From the NCBI GenBank assembly GCA_037442365.1, contig JBBIQK010000003.1, forward strand, positions 40,526 through 104,525: a DNA stretch of 64,000 nt, read 5' to 3'. Position 1 is the stretch's first letter. Every line of letters starts with the position of its first letter. Source of the DNA: Armatimonadota bacterium. GTDB taxonomy: Bacteria; Armatimonadota; Fimbriimonadia; Fimbriimonadales; GBS-DC. Made by a program: the position numbers and the translations under genes. Of this stretch, positions 52,926-62,917 are shown piece after piece. The notes beneath the pieces are model-generated. The model did no database searches. It had not been told where the DNA came from and was given only the letters and a program-made list of their open reading frames with translations.

Positions 52926-54245
52926 ATGGAACCCATCACACGGCGCGCATTTCTGGAACGGTCCGGGCGGATGGCAATCGGCGCGGCAGCAGGGCTGACG
53001 GTGCTGCGCGGCTGGAGTCACAGCCCGAATGATACCATCGGCGTCGCTATCGTCGGACTGAACGGGCAGGGCAAAACGCATATGCGCCACTTCAGCGAAA
53101 TCGAGGGCGTGCGCATCGTCGCCCTGTGCGATGTCGACGAGCGCGTGCTGCAACAGGCAGGCGCGATGGTCGAGCAGCGCACAGGCACACGCCCCAAACT
53201 CTACACCGACCTGCGCCAGCTGCTGGAAGATAGCGAGGTGGACGCCGTCTCGACGGCTACGCCGAACCACTGGCACGCGCTGCTCACAATCTGGGCGTGT
53301 CAGGCGGGCAAGGATGTCTATGTCGAAAAGCCCGCCTGCTGGAGCTTCGAAGAGGGCGAGGCGATGATTCAAGCAGCGCGCAAATACAACCGTATCGTGC
53401 AGGTCGGACATCAGACGCGCTCGGACCCCGTGACGCGCCTTGCCGTGCAGCGCGCGTGGGCGGGCGAAATCGGCAGAGTCTACATGTCGCGTGGGCTGTG
53501 CTATAAGCCGCGCGGACCCATCGGCGTTCGGCAAGACGCCGACCCGCCGCCCTGGCTGAACTGGGAACTCTGGCAGGGACCCGCCACCCGACGCCCCTTC
53601 AATCCGAACTATGTGCATTACAACTGGCACTGGTTCTGGAACTATGGCAACGGCGATATTGGCAATCAGGGCGTGCATCAGGTGGATGTGGCGCGGTGGT
53701 TTCTGAACAAGCGCTACCCCGTCAAGGTGCATTCGGTGGGCGGGCGCTACGGCTACGAAGATCAGGGCGAGACGCCCAACACGCAGGTGGCGACCTTCGA
53801 ATACGAAGACGGCGCGCTGCTGGTGTTCGAGGTGCGCGGGCTGTTCACCAACGACGAGCAGGGCGCGAAGATTGGCAATCTGGTGTACGGCGCGTCGGGC
53901 TACATGTCGTCGGGCGACGGCTATCAACCGCGTCGCGGTCCGCAGGAGACGCTGCCCGAACGGGAGAACCCGCAGCGTCCTGAACTCGGCGGCACGGGCG
54001 AGCCGAGCCACTACCGCAACTTCATTCAGGCGGTGCGCTCCCGCCGCGTGAGCGACCTGCACTGCGATGTGGAAGAGGGCGTCATCTCGGCGCAGCTGGT
54101 GCATCTGGCGAACATTTCGTATCGACTGGGGCGCGCGCTGCGGTTCGACCCCGCACGCAAGCAGTTTGTGAACGACCGCGAGGCGAACGCGATCCTGCGC
54201 CGCCAGAATCAGCCCAGAGGCTTCGAAATCCCGATGCGCGTGTGA
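52926..54245 (+). CDS. Tat-exported Gfo/Idh/MocA oxidoreductase
   Basis: TRRAFL, TPNHWH, VYVEKP, GVHQVD. Confidence 0.93.
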   Translation: MEPITRRAFLERSGRMAIGAAAGLTVLRGWSHSPNDTIGVAIVGLNGQGKTHMRHFSEIEGVRIVALCDVDERVLQQAGAMVEQRTGTRPKLYTDLRQLLEDSEVDAVSTATPNHWHALLTIWACQAGKDVYVEKPACWSFEEGEAMIQAARKYNRIVQVGHQTRSDPVTRLAVQRAWAGEIGRVYMSRGLCYKPRGPIGVRQDADPPPWLNWELWQGPATRRPFNPNYVHYNWHWFWNYGNGDIGNQGVHQVDVARWFLNKRYPVKVHSVGGRYGYEDQGETPNTQVATFEYEDGALLVFEVRGLFTNDEQGAKIGNLVYGASGYMSSGDGYQPRRGPQETLPERENPQRPELGGTGEPSHYRNFIQAVRSRRVSDLHCDVEEGVISAQLVHLANISYRLGRALRFDPARKQFVNDREANAILRRQNQPRGFEIPMRV

Positions 54246-54255
54246 AGGTACGCGC

Positions 54256-55512
54256 TCAACAGCCGCTACCGAAGTGGAGCAGCACCTGCAGGAGGTCGCT
54301 ATCATCGACGCGACCGTCCCAGTTCAGGTCTTCGTTGCGGTAGCCTGCGGCGCCGAAGCGGTTGAGCACCCGCACCAGGTCGGCGTCGTTCACGCAGCCA
54401 TCGCGCGTAACATCGCCCGGGCGCGGGAATCCCGTATCCAGCAGGAACGCCTCCATGCGCCCCGTGGCGGCGTTGTAGCCACGTCCCACGATGTAGCGAC
54501 CGTTCGGCGAAACATCAAACGCCTCCACCATCTCAGAACCCGGGCTGAGCAGGTGGTAGAACATCATATTCAGATCCTCTATGCGTCCCGCTGGGTAGCT
54601 CCAGCGGACTGCGCGCCAGTTTCCTGCAGGGTGCTGTGCTGAGCCGACGATGAGGTTCCCGTCGCTGGAGGCGCTCCATGCGAGGCTCTCTGCGCCGCCC
54701 AGCGTGCTGAGCGTTTGCAGGCTACCCGTGCTGAGAATCCATCGGAAGGCGCGCCACGCACCGGAGCTGGTGCGCGAAAATCCCACAACGACGCTACCGT
54801 CTCCCGCCGTGCCCAGCGCTACCGCCTCCCCACCACTGAACGCACCCAAATCACGCATACTGCCTGTCGTGGCTGACCATCGAAACGCGCGGAATCCCTG
54901 CCAGTCTGTGTAGCATGAGTGCCCAACTACCGAATTGCCCGCGGCATCGACGGCGTAGGCGACACTCCACTGGCGTCCCGAAAGCATCCCCAGAGAGCGC
55001 ATCCCACTCGAGGCAGTCCAGCGAAATGCGTTGTAGTTCTGCTCGGCGTCCATCGCCCACCCGACAACAGTATTCCCGTCGGCTGAGACGCCCAGGGCCG
55101 CGCTGTGGGAACCGTCTAAAGTGCCGAGGTTTTGCATCATGCCGTCCGCCGCGTTCCAGCGGTAGGCGCGCCATAGCCCGCTGGCGTACCGCGCCGCGCC
55201 CACAATCACGTTCCCATCTGCCGACACATCCCACGCCTCGCTTTCGTTGCCGCCCAGTGTGCCGAGACTTTGTATGCCCGTCTCGTCGCTCCACCGAAAT
55301 GCGCGGAGCGTCCCCTGAGCGCTCTGTCCAATCCCGACAACAACGCTGCCGTCCGCGGAGACCCCCATCGCCTGACTGGAACGCTGACCAGGCAACACGC
55401 CAAGCCATCTCAAACTCTGCGTCCAGCCCGTCGACACACAATACCCTACACAGATACAGACCGCAGATGTCCGTAGCAAGCACTTTCTGCTGACTATTCT
55501 CATCGCGTTCAC
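54256..55512 (-). CDS. HAF-repeat extracellular protein with dockerin-like C-terminus
   Basis: Repeated A--VSADG-VVVG / RAFRW / LGTLGG; DxDLxxVL-xFG twice ending GC. Confidence 0.88.
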   Translation of the reverse strand: MNAMRIVSRKCLLRTSAVCICVGYCVSTGWTQSLRWLGVLPGQRSSQAMGVSADGSVVVGIGQSAQGTLRAFRWSDETGIQSLGTLGGNESEAWDVSADGNVIVGAARYASGLWRAYRWNAADGMMQNLGTLDGSHSAALGVSADGNTVVGWAMDAEQNYNAFRWTASSGMRSLGMLSGRQWSVAYAVDAAGNSVVGHSCYTDWQGFRAFRWSATTGSMRDLGAFSGGEAVALGTAGDGSVVVGFSRTSSGAWRAFRWILSTGSLQTLSTLGGAESLAWSASSDGNLIVGSAQHPAGNWRAVRWSYPAGRIEDLNMMFYHLLSPGSEMVEAFDVSPNGRYIVGRGYNAATGRMEAFLLDTGFPRPGDVTRDGCVNDADLVRVLNRFGAAGYRNEDLNWDGRVDDSDLLQVLLHFGSGC

Positions 55513-55657
55513 CTCTTCAGTTGCTTCTACAATCTATTATACCTCAGATGCGAAAAACGCAAATATGAATCGCAAACTAGCATGCCGCTCTCTCCCAATG
55601 CACCACTAACCGACCCGAAGCAGGAACCGTATCGATTCTGGCGAATCGGTGCGCGCT

Positions 55658-57097
55658 ATGCGGACGGCGCTGGTTGTGGGGCTACTGTGTTGGGCGGCGG
55701 CGTGGAGCCAGTCGCCCGTGTCGCGCGCGGATCTGGCGGTGCGCCTGATTGAGATGGAATCGTGCTGGGAGGCACATCGCGAGTCGGCGGAGGCGCGCAT
55801 GCGTGCGACGCGCCCGCTCTCGGAGGGGCTGACCGCCTTCTTTTCGGGCAGGTTCGACGCGCTGGCGCGCAACCTGACGCTGACCTGCGCCGCGCTGCGC
55901 TCCGACGCGCCCGCAACGCCCGAAATGCTCTACGCGGGCGCGCTGGGCGTGCGCATGCCGCATGTGGTGGATAGAGACTCGCTGGAGCGCGGCGAGACCG
56001 TCCTCCGTTTCCAGCTGTTTGCCTACTACACCGCCGAGAAGCCCGAATCGCCCCTCCAGCTCCGCTGGCAGGTCGTGCGCCGCGGCGAGACGCGCCCGAT
56101 TAGTGAAGGGACGCTGGACGCCCCCGAACCCGGCGCGGCGGCGACGCTGCTTGCCCGCGCGCCCGAAGGCGACTACGAAGCGCGATTCGAACTCCGACAC
56201 GGCGGGCAGACCCTGCGCCAGTGGCGGCAGACCTTCAGCGTGATTGCACAGCTGGAATCCCGACTGGAGGCGCTGAGCCAGGCGGCTGAGTCGCACGATG
56301 ACGCCGCGCCCGTGGAGCGCATGACCGTGCTGAACGCGCGGGATGTGCTGCGCGAGGCGATCAAAGGCAACAGCCCCGAAACCTTCTACCCGCTGCTGCG
56401 CCTGCTGCAACTGGCGGAACAGCTCGCCGCTGGGTGGGAAACGGGCAATTCGGGCTGGCGCGCAGCTGCAGGCGACTACTGGATGGCAACGCTGCACCGC
56501 GAGCGCAAGATCGCCTTTCGGTTGTATATTCCTAAGTTCCAGCCAGACCATCCGATGCCCCTGGTGGTCGCGTTGCATGGCGCGGGCGGCAACGAGCATC
56601 TCTTTTTCGAGGGCTACGGGCTGGGGATTGTGCTGAAGGAGGCGGAGAAGCGCGGCTGGGCGGTGATTGCCCCGCGCGCCGAGATGGGGCTGGCGCATAT
56701 TGGTGGCGCGCTGGAGGCGGCGCAGAAACTGCTGCCCATCGACCCGACGCGCGTCTACTTGATGGGACACTCGATGGGCGGCGCGCACAGCTTCGCCGCG
56801 ATTGCGCAGTATCCCGACCGATTCCGCGCCGTCGCCATCTTCGCGGGCGCAGGGCAACCGACGCAGGTTCCCCCCGACCTGCCGATTCTGATGACCGTCG
56901 GCGAGCAGGAGCTGAGCATGCTCAAGACCAACATCGAGAACGCCTACCGCCGCCTGCAGGGGCAGAACCTGAAGACGCTGGACTACAAGCGGTACGACGG
57001 GTGCGACCATCTGATGATTGTGCGCGAGGCGATGCCCGACGCCTTTGCGTTTTTTGACCGCGCGCCCCAGCGAACGCCGACACTTTCGAAGCCCTGA
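55658..57097 (+). CDS. Secreted alpha/beta hydrolase (esterase-like)
   Basis: Signal peptide, PLVVALHGAGG, GHSMGG, C-terminal His. Confidence 0.85.
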   Translation: MRTALVVGLLCWAAAWSQSPVSRADLAVRLIEMESCWEAHRESAEARMRATRPLSEGLTAFFSGRFDALARNLTLTCAALRSDAPATPEMLYAGALGVRMPHVVDRDSLERGETVLRFQLFAYYTAEKPESPLQLRWQVVRRGETRPISEGTLDAPEPGAAATLLARAPEGDYEARFELRHGGQTLRQWRQTFSVIAQLESRLEALSQAAESHDDAAPVERMTVLNARDVLREAIKGNSPETFYPLLRLLQLAEQLAAGWETGNSGWRAAAGDYWMATLHRERKIAFRLYIPKFQPDHPMPLVVALHGAGGNEHLFFEGYGLGIVLKEAEKRGWAVIAPRAEMGLAHIGGALEAAQKLLPIDPTRVYLMGHSMGGAHSFAAIAQYPDRFRAVAIFAGAGQPTQVPPDLPILMTVGEQELSMLKTNIENAYRRLQGQNLKTLDYKRYDGCDHLMIVREAMPDAFAFFDRAPQRTPTLSKP

Positions 57098-57130
57098 ACC
57101 GTCGGGTAGACTCAGAAGCGGGGAGTGCCT

Positions 57131-58237
57131 ATGTCGAAGCGACCGTCGATACAGCAAGAGTACCAGCGCCAGCTCATGCTCCGCTGGATTACGACCGTCA
57201 CCCAGTGGCTGATGAGCGTGGGCGCGATCCTGTTTGTGCTGGGGTTGGTCTATCTGCTGTACGCGCTGGTGTTCGCCAATCTCGATTCGCAGAGTTTCTC
57301 GGCGCAGGATCAGGCGCGCATTCGGGATAATCTGGGGCTGGCGGGGAATGCGCTGCTGCTGGGCGCGGGCTTCATCGTGATTGGGCTGGCGTGGAACTAT
57401 CTGGAGGAGCCGCTGGTGGGCGTTGCGCTGCTGGTCGCCGCCGCGCTGTTCTACTGGGGGCTGTCCTTTCTAATCGGGCAGTTCGGGACGCTGCCGACGC
57501 CGGGCGGGTTGGGCGATTTCGCGCTCTCGCGTGTGCGCAACGCCGCGTGGGTACTGTTCCCGCCGGGGCTGGTGCTGACGGTGTTCGTGAGCCTGTCGCA
57601 CGCCATTAAACGGCTGCGCTACGGCGCGAGCATGGATCAGTCGCTCAAGCTCGGCGCGGAGGTGAGCAAGCAGCAGGTGCCGCAGCGGTTTCTGGGCAAG
57701 TGCTGGCAACTGCCCTACTGCCGCGACTATGTGCGCGAGCGCTGCCCGATTTATCACGCGCGGCGCACCTGCTGGCGGGAGGGTGTCGGCTGCATGTGCG
57801 AGGAGAAGAACATCGCGCTCGCGCTCAAAGATGTGCGCGTCAGCGACGACCCCGAAAAGAACGCCAAATACATCCCCCACAACACGACGCTCAGCAAGTG
57901 GGAGCTGAAGCAGCGCTGCAACGAGTGCGTGATTTACAACGAACACCAGCGCCAGAAGTACCAGCTGTTTGCGCCGCTGACGGTGGGTACAGTGCTGGGC
58001 GTCGCCTACTTTTTCCGCGCGTCGTTGCAGGCGCAGGTGCTGAACCTGCTGGGCGCGATTGACGCGGCGCTGGCGCGCTTCACGCTGATGCCCAGCGAGG
58101 CGCGTGAGGGCGTGCTGAAAGCCGCTGCGCAGACCAGCGAAGCCGCCGCGCTCGTGCTTTACATCGCGCTGGTGATTGTCGTGCTGAGCTATGCGCTGCG
58201 CACGGTAGAGACGGTGGTGTTCAAATGGAAATGGTGA
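57131..58237 (+). CDS. Membrane protein with Cys-rich central domain
   Basis: 4+2 TMs; CWQLPYC...CPIY...CWREGVGCMC...CNEC. Confidence 0.75.
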   Translation: MSKRPSIQQEYQRQLMLRWITTVTQWLMSVGAILFVLGLVYLLYALVFANLDSQSFSAQDQARIRDNLGLAGNALLLGAGFIVIGLAWNYLEEPLVGVALLVAAALFYWGLSFLIGQFGTLPTPGGLGDFALSRVRNAAWVLFPPGLVLTVFVSLSHAIKRLRYGASMDQSLKLGAEVSKQQVPQRFLGKCWQLPYCRDYVRERCPIYHARRTCWREGVGCMCEEKNIALALKDVRVSDDPEKNAKYIPHNTTLSKWELKQRCNECVIYNEHQRQKYQLFAPLTVGTVLGVAYFFRASLQAQVLNLLGAIDAALARFTLMPSEAREGVLKAAAQTSEAAALVLYIALVIVVLSYALRTVETVVFKWKW

Positions 58238-58692
58238 ACGAGGTACTGGAGCAGGTGGAGCAGCTGGCGCAGCTGATGGCGCAGCACGGGGCGACCCGTC
58301 TGGAGCTGGGCGACGCGACGCAACGGATTACGCTGGCGCGCGCCTCTGGGGCGAGCGCGCCGTCTGCCCACGACGAGGCGATGCCCCCACTCTTTCTGAG
58401 CGACTACGCGGCGTCCGAAGCGACGCCCGACGCCGAGCCAGAGAGCCTGTGGCAGCCGCCCGCGCTGCTGGAGGTGCGCTCCGAGTTCGTGGGCTACTGC
58501 ATGCTCGCGCCCCTGCCCATCGGCGCGGCGGTCGAACGCGGGCAGGCGCTGGCGACCGTCGAGGTGCTGGGCATCCCCAACGAAGTGGTTGCGCCGCTGC
58601 CCGCCGTGCTGGAAGGCTGGGCGGTCGAATCGGGTCAGCCCGTGCAGTACGGGCAGCCCATCGCCTACCTGCGCCCCCTGAGCGAGGAGTAG
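58231..58692 (+). CDS. Biotin carboxyl carrier-like protein lacking the biotinylation lysine
   Basis: AccB layout (VRSEFVG, V--GQ, GQPVQYGQP) but EVLGI in place of EAMKM. Confidence 0.75.
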   Translation: MVNEVLEQVEQLAQLMAQHGATRLELGDATQRITLARASGASAPSAHDEAMPPLFLSDYAASEATPDAEPESLWQPPALLEVRSEFVGYCMLAPLPIGAAVERGQALATVEVLGIPNEVVAPLPAVLEGWAVESGQPVQYGQPIAYLRPLSEE

Positions 58693-58794
58693 GGAGCTTA
58701 GAGGGGTAGGTTTTTTAAGAGAGGCGCTGTCTTCGAGCCTGTGCCCTGACGGCTGAAGCTGCTCTGTCGCAAAGAATAAGAGAGCTGGGCAACA

Positions 58795-58849
58795 GGACGC
58801 GGGAACCGCGTCCGTACCGGCATGAGTAGGGGCGTGGTCGCCGCGTCCT
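58795..58849. repeat. Pair of REP-like palindromes
   Basis: GGACGCGGGAACCGCGTCC-GTAC and GTAG-GGGCGTGGTCGCCGCGTCC in opposite orientation. Confidence 0.45.
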
Positions 58850-58890
58850 GTGGGGCGAAGTGGGCTGTGTCAGAAGACGAAACAAGCATC

Positions 58891-59069
58891 GTTATACCAA
58901 TCGGCGGGTCAGCGTTCGTTAATTGAGGCTGGATTGCGTAGATGAACCGAACCCCCTCCTTAAGGTTCCCCCTGCGTGCAGGGGGAACCGAGTCTTGGTT
59001 CCCCTCGCTTGCGGGGGGAACCTTACGGAGGGGGGTATTAACGAACTCTGACAGCGCAATTGGTATTAC
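58891..59069. mobile_element. MITE-like non-coding element with nested inverted repeats
   Basis: Outer GTTATACCAAT/ATTGGTATTAC; inner GTCAGCGTTCGTTAAT/ATTAACGAACTCTGAC; internal GGTTCCCC...GGGGAACC hairpins. Confidence 0.75.
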
Positions 59070-59104
59070 AACAGAGCAGCTCAATTCGATAAGGAAAGCA
59101 CATC

Positions 59105-59635
59105 TCACGAGATTAGTTCGCGCAGTGCAGCTTCGTTGACTGTCAGGTTCTCTGTATGGACAAAGAGAATTCGCTCCTCCACCTGAGAGCCTATCTCCCT
59201 GTCATAGAGGTTTATGCTCAACTGAGCGCTATCGCCCAGATGAACCTCTATGTACCCATCCCCCTCGCAAGTGGCGACTCTCAAACTATTCGCGTTGAGT
59301 TCGATCTCTGCTATCGCAGGATAGGACGCTTCTGCGGGAACCTGATCAATCACATCACGAAACCCGATTATCTCAATCACAATCAGGTAGAGCGGAGACC
59401 TTGATTGCGCATAAAACGGCGGAATACGCAGGGTGGTCGTCAACTCCGAGTTTCGGTGGAATGCAATTAAGATATTCAGTTTGTTGTCAGAGACCGTAAT
59501 CCGAAGGAGATGAGCGTCTCCCTCCGACATGTATCTCTGCAAGTCATCAGGACATAGTTGCTGCCTCAAGCAGTCTGCCATTTTGGTTGCGTTTTCAGGC
59601 TGGGAGTTTAATACGACCTCAACAACGCATTCCCC
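59105..59635 (-). pseudogene. 5'-truncated hypothetical (immunity-like) gene joined to an RHS remnant
   Basis: Lower-GC open frame; upstream part of the 238-aa ORF is out-of-frame RHS sequence. Confidence 0.45.
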
Positions 59636-59778
59636 TGTAAAAACCGCCCAATCGTGGGGTAATACCAGCGCACGCCCACCTTCTGCGACCCGCCCGTGAG
59701 CGCCCCGTTCTGATACCCCCACGCACCGTTCCAGTTGTAGGTCGCCCGCACGCCATTCACTGTATCGCGGAATGCATT
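59636..59778 (-). pseudogene. RHS core remnant
   Basis: [22 protein letters not shown]...[16 protein letters not shown]. Confidence 0.85.
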
Positions 59779-59817
59779 CATAATCAAGACGAACAATATC
59801 GGCTGTTGAACTCATCG

Positions 59818-60069
59818 TCAAAATTCATCGTTATACGAGCGATAAGCCAGGTACGCAAACCCCAACCCCATAAAAAACAAAAACGCTGGCTCGGAAAACG
59901 CCACAAAGTGTGCCGGGTATTCTGCTTCACCGCCTTTGTGCTGAGCCACTACCATGCCCTCTTCGTCCGCTTTACTGAAGGTATCAAGCGAACTGATAGC
60001 CGCCACTATTGAGCCGATCATAATGATTGCTGACAGTGTCATGGCGAGTATGTATTGTGCTTTGCTCAT
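59818..60069 (-). CDS. Small two-TM protein, possible orphan immunity protein
   Basis: AGGAGG RBS, two hydrophobic helices, follows RHS remnant. Confidence 0.6.
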   Translation of the reverse strand: MSKAQYILAMTLSAIIMIGSIVAAISSLDTFSKADEEGMVVAQHKGGEAEYPAHFVAFSEPAFLFFMGLGFAYLAYRSYNDEF

Positions 60070-60095
60070 AATCGCCTCCTATCGCAGGTTGTGTA

Positions 60096-60227
60096 CTATC
60101 CGCCCAGTCGCTGAATGCCCCCCGTGAGCAGCGTAGCCATGTCGCTGCGTAGGCTCCAGTGCATAGACTCCGTTCTCGCGCCGAGCGATTGGACGTACAT
60201 TGTCGTGATATGACAGAAGTATACCCA
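60096..60227 (-). pseudogene. Highly degenerate, internally deleted RHS core remnant
   Basis: WVY...MY-Q...HWSLRSDMA joined directly to LTGGIQRLG. Confidence 0.75.
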
Positions 60228-60229
60228 CC

Positions 60230-60619
60230 TCAAGGATTTTTTGAATACGGCTGGAGGGTCTGCAAGTCGCCTATGCATCGATAGTGGCGCGTATTGAAAG
60301 TGCAGAGAACCCCATCACGCACCACACAGACGCTCCCGATAATTGCATCGATGATGCTCAACCGACATCGCAGGTAGTTCGCTTGAAAAAGCCTCAGAGC
60401 CTGCTGCATCTCTTCCTCGCCTGGATACCAGACGCCCAGCGGCGCTATCAGCTGCTCGACCACGGCAAGCTCCTGACGATTGCGACAGCCCTGAACCAGC
60501 TCCATCACAGACAGCGAGACCACCACAGGTTGTTCTTCAAGTGTCGCGAGCCATTCAACTGCAGGCGCATAGCCCCGCAGGATATCGATGAGAATATCGG
60601 TATCCAATACGCACTTCAT
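60230..60619 (-). CDS. PIN domain (VapC) toxin
   Basis: LDTDILID, MELVQG, DAIIG, TFNTRHY. Confidence 0.92.
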   Translation of the reverse strand: MKCVLDTDILIDILRGYAPAVEWLATLEEQPVVVSLSVMELVQGCRNRQELAVVEQLIAPLGVWYPGEEEMQQALRLFQANYLRCRLSIIDAIIGSVCVVRDGVLCTFNTRHYRCIGDLQTLQPYSKNP

Positions 60620-60867
60620 CGGATGCGCTGGTTCGCTTTGCGCCGCAGCTGACGCGCCCAGCGCGCGCTGGCGGTTTTCGGCTTGCGGTGCGCCCACGCG
60701 CCAATCACCCCTGCGGCGCGCCATGCCGCCACTACCTGTTGCCCAGCAGGCGCCTCAAGCGGCTCGATGGTCACGCGCACGCGCTGCCCTTCAGGCAGGT
60801 CCAGGGGCTGCTCCAGCACAAGGTGTTGCCCTTCGTAGCGTGCTTCCACAGTTGTAATCATGGTCAT
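60616..60867 (-). CDS. AF2212/DUF104-like antitoxin
   Basis: VEARYEG--L-L--PLDLPEGQRVRVTI; ATGA overlap with PIN gene. Confidence 0.82.
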   Translation of the reverse strand: MTMITTVEARYEGQHLVLEQPLDLPEGQRVRVTIEPLEAPAGQQVVAAWRAAGVIGAWAHRKPKTASARWARQLRRKANQRIR

Positions 60868-60924
60868 CCCTTCTTTGTAGGATACCTCAGAGGGCACAGG
60901 CGTATCTATAAGCGCGAGGTCTGT

Positions 60925-61146
60925 TCACTGGTGCGGTTGCAGTAGGGATGGGGCGTAAAGCATCGCCGCCTGCAGGTCTTCGCGCTCCAGGTCGGGATAG
61001 TCGCGCAGAATCTCTTCAGGCGTCATCCCGCTGGCGAGCCACTCCAGCACGGTCGCCACAGGGTAGCGCAGCCCACGAATGACAGGCTTGCCGTGGCAGA
61101 TGTTCGAATCGCGCGTGATTCGGCGCAGCAGACTGTTCGCTTCCAT
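60925..61146 (-). CDS. DUF433 domain protein
   Basis: ICHGKPVIRGLR, GMTPEEILRDYPDLEREDL. Confidence 0.92.
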   Translation of the reverse strand: MEANSLLRRITRDSNICHGKPVIRGLRYPVATVLEWLASGMTPEEILRDYPDLEREDLQAAMLYAPSLLQPHQ

Positions 61147-61260
61147 CAGGGAGAGTATACCTGTGCTGGAGGGAGGCGCCTCTCGCGTCGCCTCGTGATG
61201 GGAACGCATCCAATCGCTAGCTACGCGCGCTTCGGCGTTCGCTGGAGGTTAAGTCGCCGC

Positions 61261-61385
61261 GTGAACAGCCTTAGGTTCCTGCTGGACACCGATACGATGA
61301 TCTACTTTTTCAAGGGGGGAAGGGTGCGTGGCGGACAACCTGCTGCAAACGCCGCCAGCGGCAATCGCCCTTTCTTCAGTGATGT
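61261..61385 (+). pseudogene. VapC N-terminal remnant
   Basis: FLLDTDTMIYFFKG, frameshift in a G6 run, then EGCVADNLLQTPPAAIALSSV, truncated. Confidence 0.75.
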
Positions 61386-61396
61386 TAGATTCCATT

Positions 61397-61684
61397 CTAT
61401 TTATATATAAAGAATAATATCCATGTAATTATTGAAAATAAAGCTCCGACGAGAAGAAACGAGAAGCCAATCTCACCGAGAAAGTCATGTTTGCTCCAAA
61501 GAGTTGCCATCACGATTAGTGAAAAACCTGCCAGCAGTGATGCTGCAGATAAAAAGCCCACCACAAAAACGGGACGCGCCCGAACCACTGCCCTTTTGCT
61601 CTTTACCAGGTAATGATAAGTTAGCATCATCACCAGGCTTCCTACCCATGCAATCAGCGCACCTATCAGTTTGCTGTCAGGCAT
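61397..61684 (-). CDS. Small low-GC three-TM protein, possible orphan immunity protein
   Basis: Hydrophobic 95 aa, GAGGA RBS, downstream of RHS remnant. Confidence 0.6.
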   Translation of the reverse strand: MPDSKLIGALIAWVGSLVMMLTYHYLVKSKRAVVRARPVFVVGFLSAASLLAGFSLIVMATLWSKHDFLGEIGFSFLLVGALFSIITWILFFIYK

Positions 61685-61736
61685 AGCTTTTCCTCAATAG
61701 GTTCAGGGATGTCTCTAGACCTGTTGCGACTGTATC

Positions 61737-62021
61737 TCAAGCAGGAGCGGTACCTACCGCAGGGTCGTACCCGCACACGCCCACCTTCTGCAATCCGCCC
61801 GTGAGCGCCTCGTTCCGATACCCCCACGCGCCGTTCCAGTCGTAGGTCGCCCGCACGCCGCTCACTGTGTCACCAAAGGCGTTGGTGAGGGGCGCAGGCA
61901 GATACGCGCCGCTGAAGGTAGACTTCGCGGCTAAGTCGCCGCGCAGACTCCAGTGCGTATACTCCGTTCCCGCGCTACTGACCTGCTGGTACATCGCTGC
62001 CCCGTAGCTGGAGTATACCCA
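61737..62021 (-). pseudogene. RHS core remnant without toxin tip
   Basis: [13 protein letters not shown]...HWSLRGDL...[10 protein letters not shown]...YDPAVG then diverges; close DNA match to about 63340-63611. Confidence 0.88.
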
Positions 62022-62107
62022 GTTACCGTTAGTGCGCTCGGCAACCAGCCAAGTTAGGAACGACAAGCGGTCTTTAGCAACACACTACACTCCAGTTGAG
62101 CGATATA

Positions 62108-62917
62108 TCACTTTTCTCTAATTGGCTCCCATAGAGTTGCCGGGTAAGAGGGATGAGCCCGCTTCGCTTCTTCTATCAAGTTGTTGGCTTCTTTAATGTT
62201 TCCACGAATCAAGGCGATATTTGCCAACGCTTCTAAAGCCTTTGCCTTATCTCGCGGTTCGCTCGCCAAGGATAAAGCCTCCTGAAACCAGCGCTCGGCT
62301 TTACCCCACTCCTGCTGTCGCGAGTAAACGATTGCTATTCCATATGCAGCGGAACTAAGTTGCTTGTCAGCTTTCAGGGCAAAACGGTAAGCCTTTAGTG
62401 CTTGTGTAAGAGAGGTTTTTCGTCCTTCTATTGAGTGCCAGTCAAGATACAGATTTCCAAGTCCCATAAAAGCGTCTGCACGCTGTGAAGGGGTATAAGC
62501 GAGTTTTACCAGAGTTTCATAAGTTTGCTCAGCCAACATCCACTGAGGGGGTTCAGAATATCTATATGATTCTGCTAACCCAAAATATGCTGAAACGAAC
62601 AGAGGGTCTTTTTCTACGCATTTTTTAAAAAAAGGAACAGCGTCGGCAAAACGGCGGCGTGCGTGCAACGTTCGCCCCATTTCATAATGAGCGGTTGCAC
62701 TGGTGGGGTATTGGCTGATTAAGGTAGCAGCCGTATTCTCTTCAATAATTGGTCGGATATCTAATGGGGGAGCGATAAAGACTCTCGGCTCCATTCGCGA
62801 GGGTGTTGTGGGCTTGCTACTTGGCTGGCAAGCACACAGGAGTAGTAAAACGCCCCCAATGCCGATTGCATTAACCCATGCCCTCTTACCAGTAGCGCCA
62901 AATGGATTCATCAGCAT
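62108..62917 (-). CDS. TPR-repeat lipoprotein, candidate cognate immunity or partner protein
   Basis: GGGAGG RBS, LLCAC lipobox-like motif, several TPRs, overlaps RHS stop. Confidence 0.72.
   Translation of the reverse strand: MLMNPFGATGKRAWVNAIGIGGVLLLLCACQPSSKPTTPSRMEPRVFIAPPLDIRPIIEENTAATLISQYPTSATAHYEMGRTLHARRRFADAVPFFKKCVEKDPLFVSAYFGLAESYRYSEPPQWMLAEQTYETLVKLAYTPSQRADAFMGLGNLYLDWHSIEGRKTSLTQALKAYRFALKADKQLSSAAYGIAIVYSRQQEWGKAERWFQEALSLASEPRDKAKALEALANIALIRGNIKEANNLIEEAKRAHPSYPATLWEPIREK

Noticed and set aside
58698-59139. ORFs of 136 aa and 65 aa
   Set aside because: They are translations of the palindromic MITE/REP DNA
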